Of a stretch of DNA of 54,670 bases, positions 12,354 to 24,012 are shown one piece after another; the stretch's first letter is position 1; every line of letters begins with the position of its first letter. The translations under genes and the position numbers were made by a program. Below the pieces are notes generated by a model, which was not told the DNA's origin, searched no databases, and saw only the letters and a program-made list of their open reading frames with translations. Source of the DNA: Conidiobolus incongruus B7586 (taxonomy: Eukaryota); assembly GCA_000697335.1 (NCBI GenBank), contig JNEM01009956.1, positions 1 to 54,670 of the forward strand. The letters are read 5' to 3'.

Positions 12354-14424
12354 TTATAAGAGCATATTGAGGGGGTTTTCCAAAAGATCCTTGAACTTCT
12401 TGAGCCATTGGGCACCGACGGCACCATCAACAACACGGTGGTCACAGGAGAGGGTGACCTTCATGATATTGGATTCGGAGAAGCCCTTTTCACTATTGGG
12501 GTTCAAGACGAGTTTCTTTTCAGTACCGCCGACAGCTAAGATACAGGATTGAGGAGGGTTGATGATGGCAGTGAAGGAGTTGACACCATACATACCCAAG
12601 TTGGAAATGGTGAAGGAACCACCTTGGTATTCGTGAGGCTTGAGTTCGTTGTTTCTGGCCTTGGTAGCGAGTTCCTTAACTTCAGCAGAGATACCAGCAA
12701 GACCCTTAGATTCAACGTTGCGAACAATAGGGGTGATCAAACCAGAGGGAGTGGCAGTAGCAATGGAAATATCAGTATTGTGGTATTGACGGATGAAATC
12801 ACCTTGCCATGAGGAGTTGACTTCGGGAACAGCCTTTAAGGCAATACTGGAAGCCTTGACGACGAAATCGTTGACGGAAAGCTTGTATTGGTCCTTAGCA
12901 GAGGCGTTCAAAGCAGCACGAAGTTTCAAGACCTTATCCATGTTAATTTCACTGGTTAAGTAGTAGTGAGGGATAGTTTGCTTGGATTCAGAGAGACGAG
13001 AGGCAATAACTTTTCGCATGTTGGATAAAGGAATATCGGTATAGTTGGTACCAGCAGGAGCAGGAGCAGGAGTAGGAGCAGAGGTAGCAGCTTGAGCAGC
13101 GGGACGATCTAAATGATGGTTAATTCATCGACGTTTATATGATAGATATTTTCTTTACCAGATGGCTTGTAGTTTTCAACATCAGATTTGACGATTCTTC
13201 CATTGGGTCCAGTACCGACAATATCACCAATATCAATACCTTTTTCTTCTGCTAACTTTCTGGCTAAAGGACTGGCCTTAATACGATCTATTCAAAATTA
13301 GTTAAACTTAGGGAAACAAATATTTGTATGGATTAATTACCACCAGAAGAGGCTTGATTAGAGGTAGTTTGAGGCTTAGACTCGGCAGCAGGAGTAGTAG
13401 CGGGCTTGCTTTCAGTCTTGGGTTCAGGGGTAGGTTCAGACTTGGCAGGTTCAGACTTAGTTTCAGAAGCGGGGGCAGAGGATCCACCTTGAATAGAATC
13501 AGCAGTGAAGTCAGCGAAAGCAGGGACGAGATCTTCACTGTCAACCAAAATAGCGATAGGCTAAAAATTATTCAAATGAGTATATGATCATAAAATGTAA
13601 TATTAAAAAATTATTCACATACAGTGTTAACAGGTAAGTCTTTGGTACCGGGTTGGACCAAAATTTTAGCAATGTAACCTTCTTCTTGGAATTCAAAATC
13701 CATTTGAGCTTTATCGGTTTCAATTTCAACAAGAACATCACCGGGAGAGATAGCATCACCTTCTTTCTTGGACCATTGGCCAATATTACCTTGAGTCATG
13801 GTGGGGGATAAGGCAGGCATGTAGATAACATTATGCTCAGGATAGGCTAAAAAAATGATAAATTACCCAATTTCAATGCAATCAATATAGTAATTACATT
13901 TTGCAGAGTATGATCTAGTAGCTAACCAGTCTTTGTATTCGAAGCTCTTGAGTTGTGAACTAGAATAGAAGATGATGATTAGTTAAAATACTTAATAATA
14001 TATTGTTTGAAGATGTAAACAAATTAGTGGCTGATCAAGGGCATAGAGCGTTTTGTCGCGAATTGAAGGGGGTCATTTGATTTAAAAGTAAATTAGAGAA
14101 GCTGAGTAGTGTGTCAATATTATTTGTTTTTGAGTTGGATCGCTGCTTAATGAACTTATATTTTTCATAAGGTGTATCATATGATATTGTGGATAGAATT
14201 TAGCGGATTTGAATTGACGTATGTCAATCTGATCAAGTGGTAAACAGCTCTAAGCCCTCTATTAACCCCTATAAGAAATATAAAAAGAGATCATACCTTT
14301 TAGGTAAAACAGAGGCACGAAGACCAGCAAAAAGAGGCTTAGCAACTAAAGAAGAGAGTTGACGACGGGTGCTGAGAGTTTGAGCACGTTGGACAACACG
14401 AGCAGTTCTTTGAGCAGATAACAT
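12354..14424 (-). CDS. LAT1: Pyruvate dehydrogenase complex E2, dihydrolipoamide acetyltransferase, mitochondrial (5 exons)
   Basis: Arg/Ser-rich presequence [21 protein letters not shown], lipoyl domain MPALSPTM...[13 protein letters not shown]3-binding domain [14 protein letters not shown]...[13 protein letters not shown], and catalytic [14 protein letters not shown]. All exons join in frame at GT-AG. Confidence 0.97.
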
Positions 14425-15737
14425 TTTAATCAAGTTGGCTAATTTACAAGTTTGGAGATTATCAACAGTTGGGTATTAATAAATAATACACTTTATTGAA
14501 GTACTTGAAATGTTGATAAATGAACAATTTTATACATCATCAGCTTTTTATAGTTTGAAATTTTATCTAATGATGCTACTCGGTAAATGTACATACCAAA
14601 TATAAACCAATCAGATCATTGTACAAATGATCATTGTTAGAATGTATCTAAAAAATTCCAGACAAGCTCATAATTATTATAGGTGAAATAAAAATTTAAT
14701 GGTGGGAAAATCTAATTCATAATCAATACAATTAATTTATAATAAAAGCTGTTTATGTTGATTATGTATGATAATGATTTAGCTAATTCATTATAATTTA
14801 CCCATTAAAATGCAATTATCCTTTGACAAATCCATCATCAGTACCAATAATGAAGTACGCATATGATCTCTGTTCATTTATAAAAATAATAATCTGATAC
14901 TAAATATACTGGTTTAAATTGGATTATGTTTCAATATGTAAGCCTTATCAAATATCTATAAAACCGTGGGTTAATTCGGAATTTAGTATTAAAATATTTG
15001 ATATGATAAAGCTATCAGATGCTCTTGCTAAAATGGATTTTGAAATATTAATTTTAATAGAAATGTGACTAATGTTTCCATATATCTATATCATCATGAC
15101 AATGAATGTGATTCAATTTTAATATTATTATTTATAATACTTATTGTGTGTTCAACGATATATTGTTATTAATTCTATTAGGCTTTTTTGTGATTTTTTA
15201 ACGAGTTGGAAATATTTGCTTTAAAAACATATGAAATATGCTTCAAGCTTTAAGATTCCATTACAAAATATAACGCTTTCTCTAAAGTGAATATATGACG
15301 ATTAGCACCAATTCAAGCATCATAATCTATACTTTATTGTTTGACTTGGCCAATATTATTACAAAGGCTTCAAATTATTTTTATTTAAATAATTATAGCA
15401 ATAACAATAGTCATTCATGAGAAAAAATTCAATTTACCATATTATTGGTAATCATTAAATATATTGTAAGATTTTGTGTAGTATAAATGGATATATTATT
15501 TTGTCTAAGATTTTTTATTATTTCATTCTAATATAATATTGAAAAAATAAAAAATCAGAGCATTTAAAGCAATGCTAATATATTCTTATACAAAATGACA
15601 TTTATCATTATAAATTTTTCAAATCATTAAGTATATTAGCTAAACAGAAGTAATTCAAATTAAAATTCTATTAAAAATGAATAAATTACATCATAAAGAT
15701 GTATCTGTTAGATCAAGATTTAATTAAATAATAAACT

Positions 15738-18700
15738 TATTCAAGACTTAGTAATTCTATTTCTAATTAATTAAGTTTGAAGTTCGATTTCATACTCTTT
15801 ATATAGCACATATATTAATGTCATATACTGAATATATAAATCTGTATATTACTCATATTTAATTTTAACTTTTTTGGGAGCTCTTTGATATCTGTCACTA
15901 GTTATCTAAGTTTTCAATTGCTCTAATTTTAATTGAACTTTGTTTGATTTGGTCTTTAAAATGAATATTATCATGAGATCTTTAGGATGATTGGCTTTGA
16001 TAGATTCTTTAGAAATGGTAATATGAATTCGATCGTTATCAATTGGTAATATAAGCTCTGATTCAGGGTTTAAAATGGATTCGGTAAAGCTAATATTATT
16101 CTAAATATAGGTATTAGTGTATTCATAAATAATGTATATGATATTTGACTTGAAATGAATAGTCCAGTTATTGGGCTTACATAATCTCTTAATATCTGAC
16201 TCATAGTGTTGAATGTAATCATATTGGTTCTTGTAGCAATAGATTGTTCAATTTTATCAAATTTTCGAATTTTTATGATTAGGTTTCAATAATCTGATAC
16301 TACTTAATATATCTAAAATAGACTATAAACAAATGTTTAAAATATAATAAAAATGAAGATTTAAATAGTTAGTTACTTGGAATTCTTTTTCACCTTTAAC
16401 ATATATAAATTTTGTTAGATGATCAAAATTGGGATATTGGGCCAATTGTAAACTGGTAATCAAATTAGGATTCAAATCTCTCAATTTCATCCATATTGTT
16501 TCAGAGAATAGTGACTTAATAGGATGTAATACTAATAAACATATTTCAAAGATTTGCTCAAGGATAATACTGGTATCAATCAAATCCTATACAATTGATT
16601 ATTATATATATTATCAAATACATGTAAACAGTTACTTTGGCTGGAGTTTCATTAATTGAACAGAGAAGAGGATTAGAAAATTCGAAGTAGACGTCAGCTA
16701 TATGATCTTTTAAGAATTGTTTCAATCCTCCAGTGACTAAATGTAATTGGCATTAACCATAGTCCTTTAATATTTGTTGAACAGCAGTGGAAAATTTTGA
16801 GAGAAAATAACTGTTAAGCAGGCTTAATTGACCTTCAACAACCCTTGAACGATTATCGAAATGGCTGGGATAATTTGATTGAAACGCTTTCAAGCTACTT
16901 AACATAAAGTGATAAATATTCCACAATTTGTTATTAAATTGAGATGCTGATACTACACTTTCTAGGCTCAAATTGATCTTTTTAGTCTAAATTTAAGATT
17001 AATAAATGAATAAATTGAATATATATAAACATGTTACTTGTTGAGTATAGTTCAAAAGACAAAATTTGCGTACATCAGAGCCGCAAGCTGGAATGCCATT
17101 TGAAAATTGTTGACATGATAATTTAATACAAAGATATTATCCAACTAAATTAACTTATAGCACCTTTCTTTTTCAGCTTCACTTAACTGCGAGTTAAGGA
17201 TAGAGGCTTTTAATTGTTCAATATTGGCACCATAAATGATATGCATTGGATCAATCACATTTCCCAATGATTTGAACACCTTTTTGCCTCTAACATTGCC
17301 GATCTATATCAACAATTGTGTTAACTCATATATGATAAAATTATTGGTTTATATCTCTCCATAGGATGGAGTACACCTGAGTTGAATGGAGCAGTTCCAC
17401 TGGAGAGTTCTGTACATAACATCATCATTCTAGATACCCAAAAAGATAAAATTTCTGATCCAGTTTCTAAGATATTAGTAGAACAGTTTATCTATGATTG
17501 AAAAATATGTCTGAAATGTTCAAGTAATATTTATTTAATAATTACAGGAAGTTTGTCAGAAGGTCCAGTCCATCCATTGGCAGACAATGGGGTAAAGCAG
17601 AAAGCCAAGTGTCAAGTACATCAGGATCCTAAACGGTCAAGTTATTGTGATTCGATTAATTACAAAAATGTTACTGACTTGTTTAATTGAAATTTTATCC
17701 TGCTCAATAAGCTCTGAAACATTTAAATCAATTTTATCTTGATCAAACTGAGCTTGAACTTGTGATTTAGTTTCTTCGATATTGGCACCAGCTCTCCATT
17801 GATCTATTAAAGAATTAATTAAATCACTGGGTGACAAGAAGTTATATATAACCAACCCTTATAATGATTTAATTGCCTCAAACTCTTATCCTTTATCTGA
17901 AGATGATACACAGGAATAGGATGACTTCAGACCAATTGATGTGAGATACACCAATCTTGAGTTTTGAAACCATTGATACCACTCTCTTTCGTATTCACTA
18001 AGAATCAATTCAACGTCTTTATTTTTAACCAATTCAATAGATATCCCACCAAGTTCCTTGATTGCAATATACCTATATATGATTAGTTAAATTATATATT
18101 AATAAATAAAAATTAAGTACCATTGAGGTATGAGCATAGGTTCCAAAATATCATCACTTCTAGAGTATCTATTGAGTACCATTTCATGACCCTTTCCTTC
18201 AATATGATATCTATTAAATTGAATCTTTTTGATAGTTGATTTACGAAGTTGGAATCTGTCAATGGGCTATAAATTGAATGTAAATTATAATTATCTGATA
18301 AAATATTTAAATATATTACCCTGTATTCTTCAATAGGGAAACTATCTAATATTTTTCCTTTACTATTAAAAATAGGAACAATTGGCAAGTTTTTTCTAAT
18401 GGCACATTTGTGGTCCACTATATTATGAGCAGGAGTAATCTATATAATCACTAATTAAGGAAATATGTTTATATGAAATATAGATATTACTTTGACAACA
18501 CCTGTACCCCATTCAGGGTCTACTAATATTTCATCAGTAATAATTGGAATAGCTAAGCCAGTTAATGGATGAATCACTTCAGTTCCAATTAAGCCCTACA
18601 ATAATCATTAATAGTTAATAAAATAATTTATATAAGATATATACTTTATATCTTCCGTCTTTAAGATGAACTACCAAAGCAACGTCACCTGACATAGTTT

Positions 18701-19680
18701 TAGGACAAGTAGTTGCAACTGATAAATGTGATAATGTAGGATTGGGTTCTTTCAAAGGGAATTTGATGTAATGCAAAACGCCAAATTCAACTAATTCATC
18801 TGAATTAAGAAGAGAAATCAGGGCCTTTTTGGAAATAAATTGAATATCAATCTAATTAAATGTAATAAATAACATAATTCAATAATAATAATAATAATTA
18901 GTTATCAATACCTCAATATTGGAAATAGCAGTCTCTAAATACAGCACCAATGAACCATCCTCTGTTTTCTATAGATTAAACCACGTTTAAATAGCTCAAT
19001 AAAACTGTTTTGAACAGCTTTGCTTCAAATGTCATCAAGTGTAAAGAATTCATGATTCCAATTTAAACATGTGCCCATACATTTCTAATACAATTATTAA
19101 ATTATTATTCAATACATACTGTTCAATAATATTACTGTCTGATTGATAATTTCATTTCCGTAATGAGTTCTCCAATTCCAAATCTCTTTAAAAAATCTTT
19201 GGATAACTGATGACGAGCTACTAATCATATTTCATCAACCATTTTACTATTATTATGACATATATATTTACTTTCTTAGTGGCCCACAAATATTTCTCTA
19301 TAACAGATTGTGTACCAATACCAGCATGATCAGTACCAGGCATCCAATTCACATTTTTACCAATTAACTTATAATGCCTAATAATTGCATCCTAATTTGA
19401 ATATATTAATATGCGTTATAATGGAGAGAAATATCAATCAATATACTTGAATACTGGGAGTAAGAGAGTGGCCCAAGTGCAATTTGCCGGTCACATTGGG
19501 AGGGGGTGAAAACATATTAATATCGTATTTTTCATTATAATCAACTTGATTTTTCTCAATCTACTGATCTATATTAAGTAATTAAATTAATCAAATGTAT
19601 TTGTATGCTATTAATGATATTTACTCTTCCATTAATTCAAAATTTTATCATCAATTTCAATCTATTGAGTAATGAATAAA
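15738..19680 (-). pseudogene. Valyl-tRNA synthetase pseudogene (intron-containing, probably the mitochondrial-type copy); ends approximate
   Basis: Recognisable PPPNVTGKLHLGH (HIGH), [38 protein letters not shown] and a C-terminal coiled coil. It carries an in-frame TGA (DDI*SKAV, ~19025), frameshifts near 19190, 18940 and 17595, and KMSKS altered to KVFKS (~17270-17284). Confidence 0.85.
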
Positions 19681-20073
19681 AATTGTTAATTATTTGTTAT
19701 ATAATTTATTCAAAAATATGATTGATTACAGCATTATAACGCTCATTAAATAATATAGATTTAATACTAAAATTTTTAACCAATAAGGATCGAAGCAGTT
19801 TCGATCGTTGGTCTGTTATTGGTTTTAAAATCAAAAAAAATTTTTTCAAATACATTATGATATATATATATGTATTATATTCAGATTATAAAAAATATAT
19901 AAATATATATAATTGAATCTAAGCTAATGACTAGTATTAACTTTTGTCATGATTTCATCAAATTCAAACTCTCACATATTGTTATAATCAATTTGGTCAA
20001 TCAAGATTCTATGGGATAAACTGGTTGAAATCTCATATTCATTTAATCAAATCAAAAAATACTATGAAAATAT

Positions 20074-20406
20074 TGCCACTGGCTGAGAAGTCTAGTGACT
20101 AATAACTTTTAAGTAAATAGTCGTCTTCTGGGACGGCACCTGTTAGGTGATATAAAAGGGGTAATTAATTGTTTAATCTGGATTATTGGGCAGTACGCTA
20201 GGAAGAGGACCGACGTGACAACTTGGTTGCAGTCGGCATATTTTATTGTTGTTTGGCGTGTCTTCCCAGCGTACGAGCGGCACGTCGGGTAGGACGATTA
20301 AACCGCTGTTCGGGTGTATTTATTGGTCACGTTGTAGGTGGATCTGTGACGGGGTTCTCGAACGATCTGAATTGCTAAGGTCGAGCAGATCTTCTGGCCC
20401 GTGGCA
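20074..20406 (+). mobile_element. Solo LTR (333 bp)
   Basis: GC-rich island bounded by a perfect 6-bp inverted repeat TGCCAC...GTGGCA with ATAT on both flanks (20070-20073, 20407-20410). A plus-strand TATAAAAG at 20151 suggests the orientation, which is tentative. Confidence 0.75.
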
Positions 20407-20679
20407 ATATATTCATCATAGTAGTAACCTATTACTATTATTATGCAATAAATTAATAGATAGTTTATTTTTATTTTATTATACAAGATTGGCCGTTAAT
20501 TAAAAATTGATCTTTAATATTTATTTTGTATTAACATGATTTTCACAAAAATCAAAAAAAAACAGTTTATTCGAATATCAAAAATTGTATTAGACTAAAA
20601 TTTCATGACAAATAAAATACTAGATTTCAAATTAAATAATATTATCAAAATAATAATAGGTGAAATTTATATTGGTTGA

Positions 20680-21955
20680 TTATTTGGAAAATTCCCAAAT
20701 TTTTACTTTACCATCATCTCCAGATGATGCCAAATATTTGCTCTTGGCTTGGAATTGAGCAGGTTCCCATTCAACAGCGTTAATATCACCATATCCGTGG
20801 GCTTCGGGAATGCGATTTATCAATTCGTATTGAAGTGTATCTCTAGATGATGAACTTTCAACAGGTGCAAACACTCTTAAGCAATTATCGCCAGATCCAG
20901 TGGCAATCAATCCGAATTGAGTATCTTTAGACCATGAAACAGAGTATATTGTGCGCTGATGTTCATTTTCAATAGTTTGGATACATTCCCATTGCTCTTG
21001 TAAAGCAGACACTGCAGTTCGCTTCCAAATCTTCAAAGTGCAATCGTCGCTAACACTGACTAAATGACTGCCATCTTGGTTAAAATCAATAGCCCAAATT
21101 GTTGAGCTGTGTCCCATCAAAGTAGCCGCACAGATCCATTCGTCATCATCATCTCTCCATATTTTAATGGTGTCATCATAACTAGCTGAAGCCAAAATCT
21201 ATTATGAATTGTTAATAATTATAAATGATAATAAAAAACTATAATATTACATCACAAGCAGGGTTCCATTTAACCATTTTGACGTCTTGAGTATGTTCTT
21301 GTAAAACACCCAAACATTCAAAATCTCCATCTTCACCAGCTAAATTAAATTTAATATATTTATAAATATTTCATATATACTATTTTAATTTAAAAATATT
21401 ATATATTAAAATTACCTTCCCAAATCCAAACACTTTTATCACGGCTACAAGTTGCTAAAAAGTTACCAGAACGAGACCAAGAAACTGATTTAACTTCATT
21501 TTCATGTCCTTCAAGAGTAACCACACATGCATATTCTATTACTTATATTAAAAATCTGAATTATTTTCAAAATATGTTTAAAACTTACGTCCTTTGGGAT
21601 CTTTCTCCCAAATAGCGGTTTTCGAGTCAAAACTAGCTGAAGCTATTTCATTTTTTGCCGGATTAAAGCAAATTGATCTGACAGTACGTTCGTGAGCACC
21701 CTCTAAAATGTGGGTGCAGGACCATTGACCCTTTTTGGACCAAATGCGAACAGTTTTATCTCCACTGCAGGATGAAAGACAATCCTTCTGTAAGTGACTC
21801 CAGCTGACTGCCCACACGCGTTCACCATGTCCTACGTAATTTTATATAAATCAATAAATCAAAGTTAACATTGAATGAGTGGTACCTTCGAGTACTGCGG
21901 ATAGATTTAAGACAGCATCTTTATGGAAAATAGTTAAATTATTTGGATGATGCAT
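20680..21955 (-). CDS. CIA1: Cytosolic Fe-S cluster assembly WD40 protein Cia1, multi-exon
   Basis: [41 protein letters not shown] and [13 protein letters not shown] are diagnostic Cia1/CIAO1 repeats. Start ATG at 21955. Confidence 0.95.
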
Positions 21956-22342
21956 ATTATATTTGAAATTAGGGAAGATGTATTAGTTATGAAGACCAAT
22001 ATGAATTAAGTGTCACATTAGTTAATAGTAAAATCATCATGGATGGAATAGAGTGAATTCAGTGTTATGGGATAATGATAATTAGATCATAAGAATAAGT
22101 GGTCATTGGTGGATAATGAGCATTATTTGTATAATTAATTAAGAAATACTGAAAATAAATTATTAATATACACCTATATTTAAGAAATATAGATATGTAG
22201 ATATAGATAGAAATAAATATATTATAATTTAATTACGAAATTTTTCATCATTATTAAGGTGATTGAAAATGATCACTATCTAAATTAGGTATAATAAAAA
22301 AAGAAAATAGCAAGAAATATTTCAATTTCAACGTTTTTTTAT

Positions 22343-23002
22343 TTAATGAATTGTAATATCACCAGAAGGATTTTCAGCAATTAAAGTAACAATCATTCTA
22401 AAATAAGAAAATTAATTTATATCATAATATAGATAATGTAAATTACCTATATAAATAATAAAAGAAAGTAAATAGATAAAAACCCAATTTAATACCCCAT
22501 TCTTTCTTCTCTTTATTTACATTTCTAAAAATTTCTGTTGGATCTAATAAATGAGCTCCTTTTGAAATTCTATAATTATGAGTTATTAGATATTTTGAAA
22601 TATGTTAAATTTAAATAACTTACTTGAGGATGTTCCAAATAATAAGAGGTAAATTTAAGAGGAAACTGAGCCAATTACCAGCAAAAATCAAAATTAATGA
22701 GACAAATAAGTGAGCTACCATCTCGGGTAAAATAAACTATATGAATATTAATAAATGCTTGATAGATATAAAATGATGTTAAATAAGTATCAATATACCT
22801 TATTAAGTTTATTACATAGATCAATAGGATTGATAAAATCACTCTCTAGATCCGTATACATAATTATCTAAATTTGATATTATTGAGTAATGGTTGATTT
22901 AACTATGTTTTAAATAATCATTACAAAGTAAATGGCTGATACAATAAAAACTCCGGAACAAATCAAACTAAATATAAATGCTAAAGCTGAAAAACTAGCC
23001 AT
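22343..23002 (-). CDS. ERV14: Cornichon-family ER cargo receptor, 5 exons (missed by the ORF track)
   Basis: Spliced translation includes IIMYTDLESDFINPIDLCNKLN, FILPEMVAH, HLLDPTEIFR and IKLGFYLFTFFYYLYRMI. Confidence 0.93.
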
Positions 23003-24012
23003 GATATTTAATTTTATTTTATTTGATAACTAATATTTGCAATAAAATTTGATTTGGTTAATTATATTTTAATTGAGGAGGACTAGATCATTAATTTGAA
23101 TTATTGAAATTTGTTATTTTATATTGTGGGATCCTCCCTTTTTTGGAGAAATAAATACGTGGTAAAAATTCATACAATATTTTCATTCGAATATTGAACT
23201 ATAAGATTGATTGAAAATGGTCGTATAAGATTACGAATCCGATAATGATCAATTGACTACATATATTGTTTAAATAATACTTCAAATTTATTTTAATCAT
23301 AAACTCGCGCATATATTAATATACGCAGCATATATCGTTATTGTGTTAATAAAGTATGACCCTTTATTTATATAATTTTGACTATGGGAATTTATAATTT
23401 ATATATTTATTAATCCATTACTTTTTTTGATAAATATAATGAACAATTACAATCGTTTTGATTTATATAATTTGTGAGCATTATTAAGAATAATTTAAAA
23501 AAATTATAATTATATTTTAATATAATTCAATGCTATTTTAATAGAAAGAATTTTTTTGAAATATTTTAATATTTATTTGCAGTCCTAAATACCATTTGAT
23601 GAATGGATAATTTAATAAATAAAATAATAATATTAATCCATTTTCATTATATTTAAATTGGAAACATTTGTCTCGTAATTAATATGTTTTGATTATTTGA
23701 ATTCACTTATAATAGTATTAAAAATATTCATCAATATTGACATTTTGTTCTCATTTAATTTGCATTAAAAACTATCAAAAAATGAATATATTTGTAAAAA
23801 ATCAATTTGATGGTTCAAATAAATGTATTATGATTGATTCAAACATAAATAAATTAAAATTTAAACATTAGAAATACCCAAATAATACATTAAGTCACCT
23901 TTAATATTCCAAAAAAGGTTATATTTATGAATTGATATTATTGAATTAATTAAGGATGAAATGAATTATGATTTATTAATAAAAATTAATATAGTACAGA
24001 TATAATGAAACT

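Noticed and set aside
11078..13587. Plus-strand and alternative-frame ORFs over TenA and PDH E2
   Set aside because: Shadows of strongly codon-biased real exons, with no independent motifs.
15738..19680. Stop-codon reassignment or programmed recoding to explain in-frame stops
   Set aside because: The stops come with frameshifts and catalytic-motif loss, and neighbouring intact genes end at ordinary TAA/TAG with no internal stops seen.
20170..20406. Structured ncRNA gene (SRP, RNase P/MRP, snRNA, telomerase RNA)
   Set aside because: None of the conserved signatures recognised. The boundaries coincide with an inverted repeat plus ATAT duplication.
20246..20503. ORFs 20246-20503(+) and 20298-20486(-), including LAIQIV as a third copy of the LTR peptide
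   Set aside because: The ORFs straddle the LTR edge and start in AT-rich flank or at non-ATG codons. The similarity to ATQLV is too short, and its position does not match the other two LTRs.
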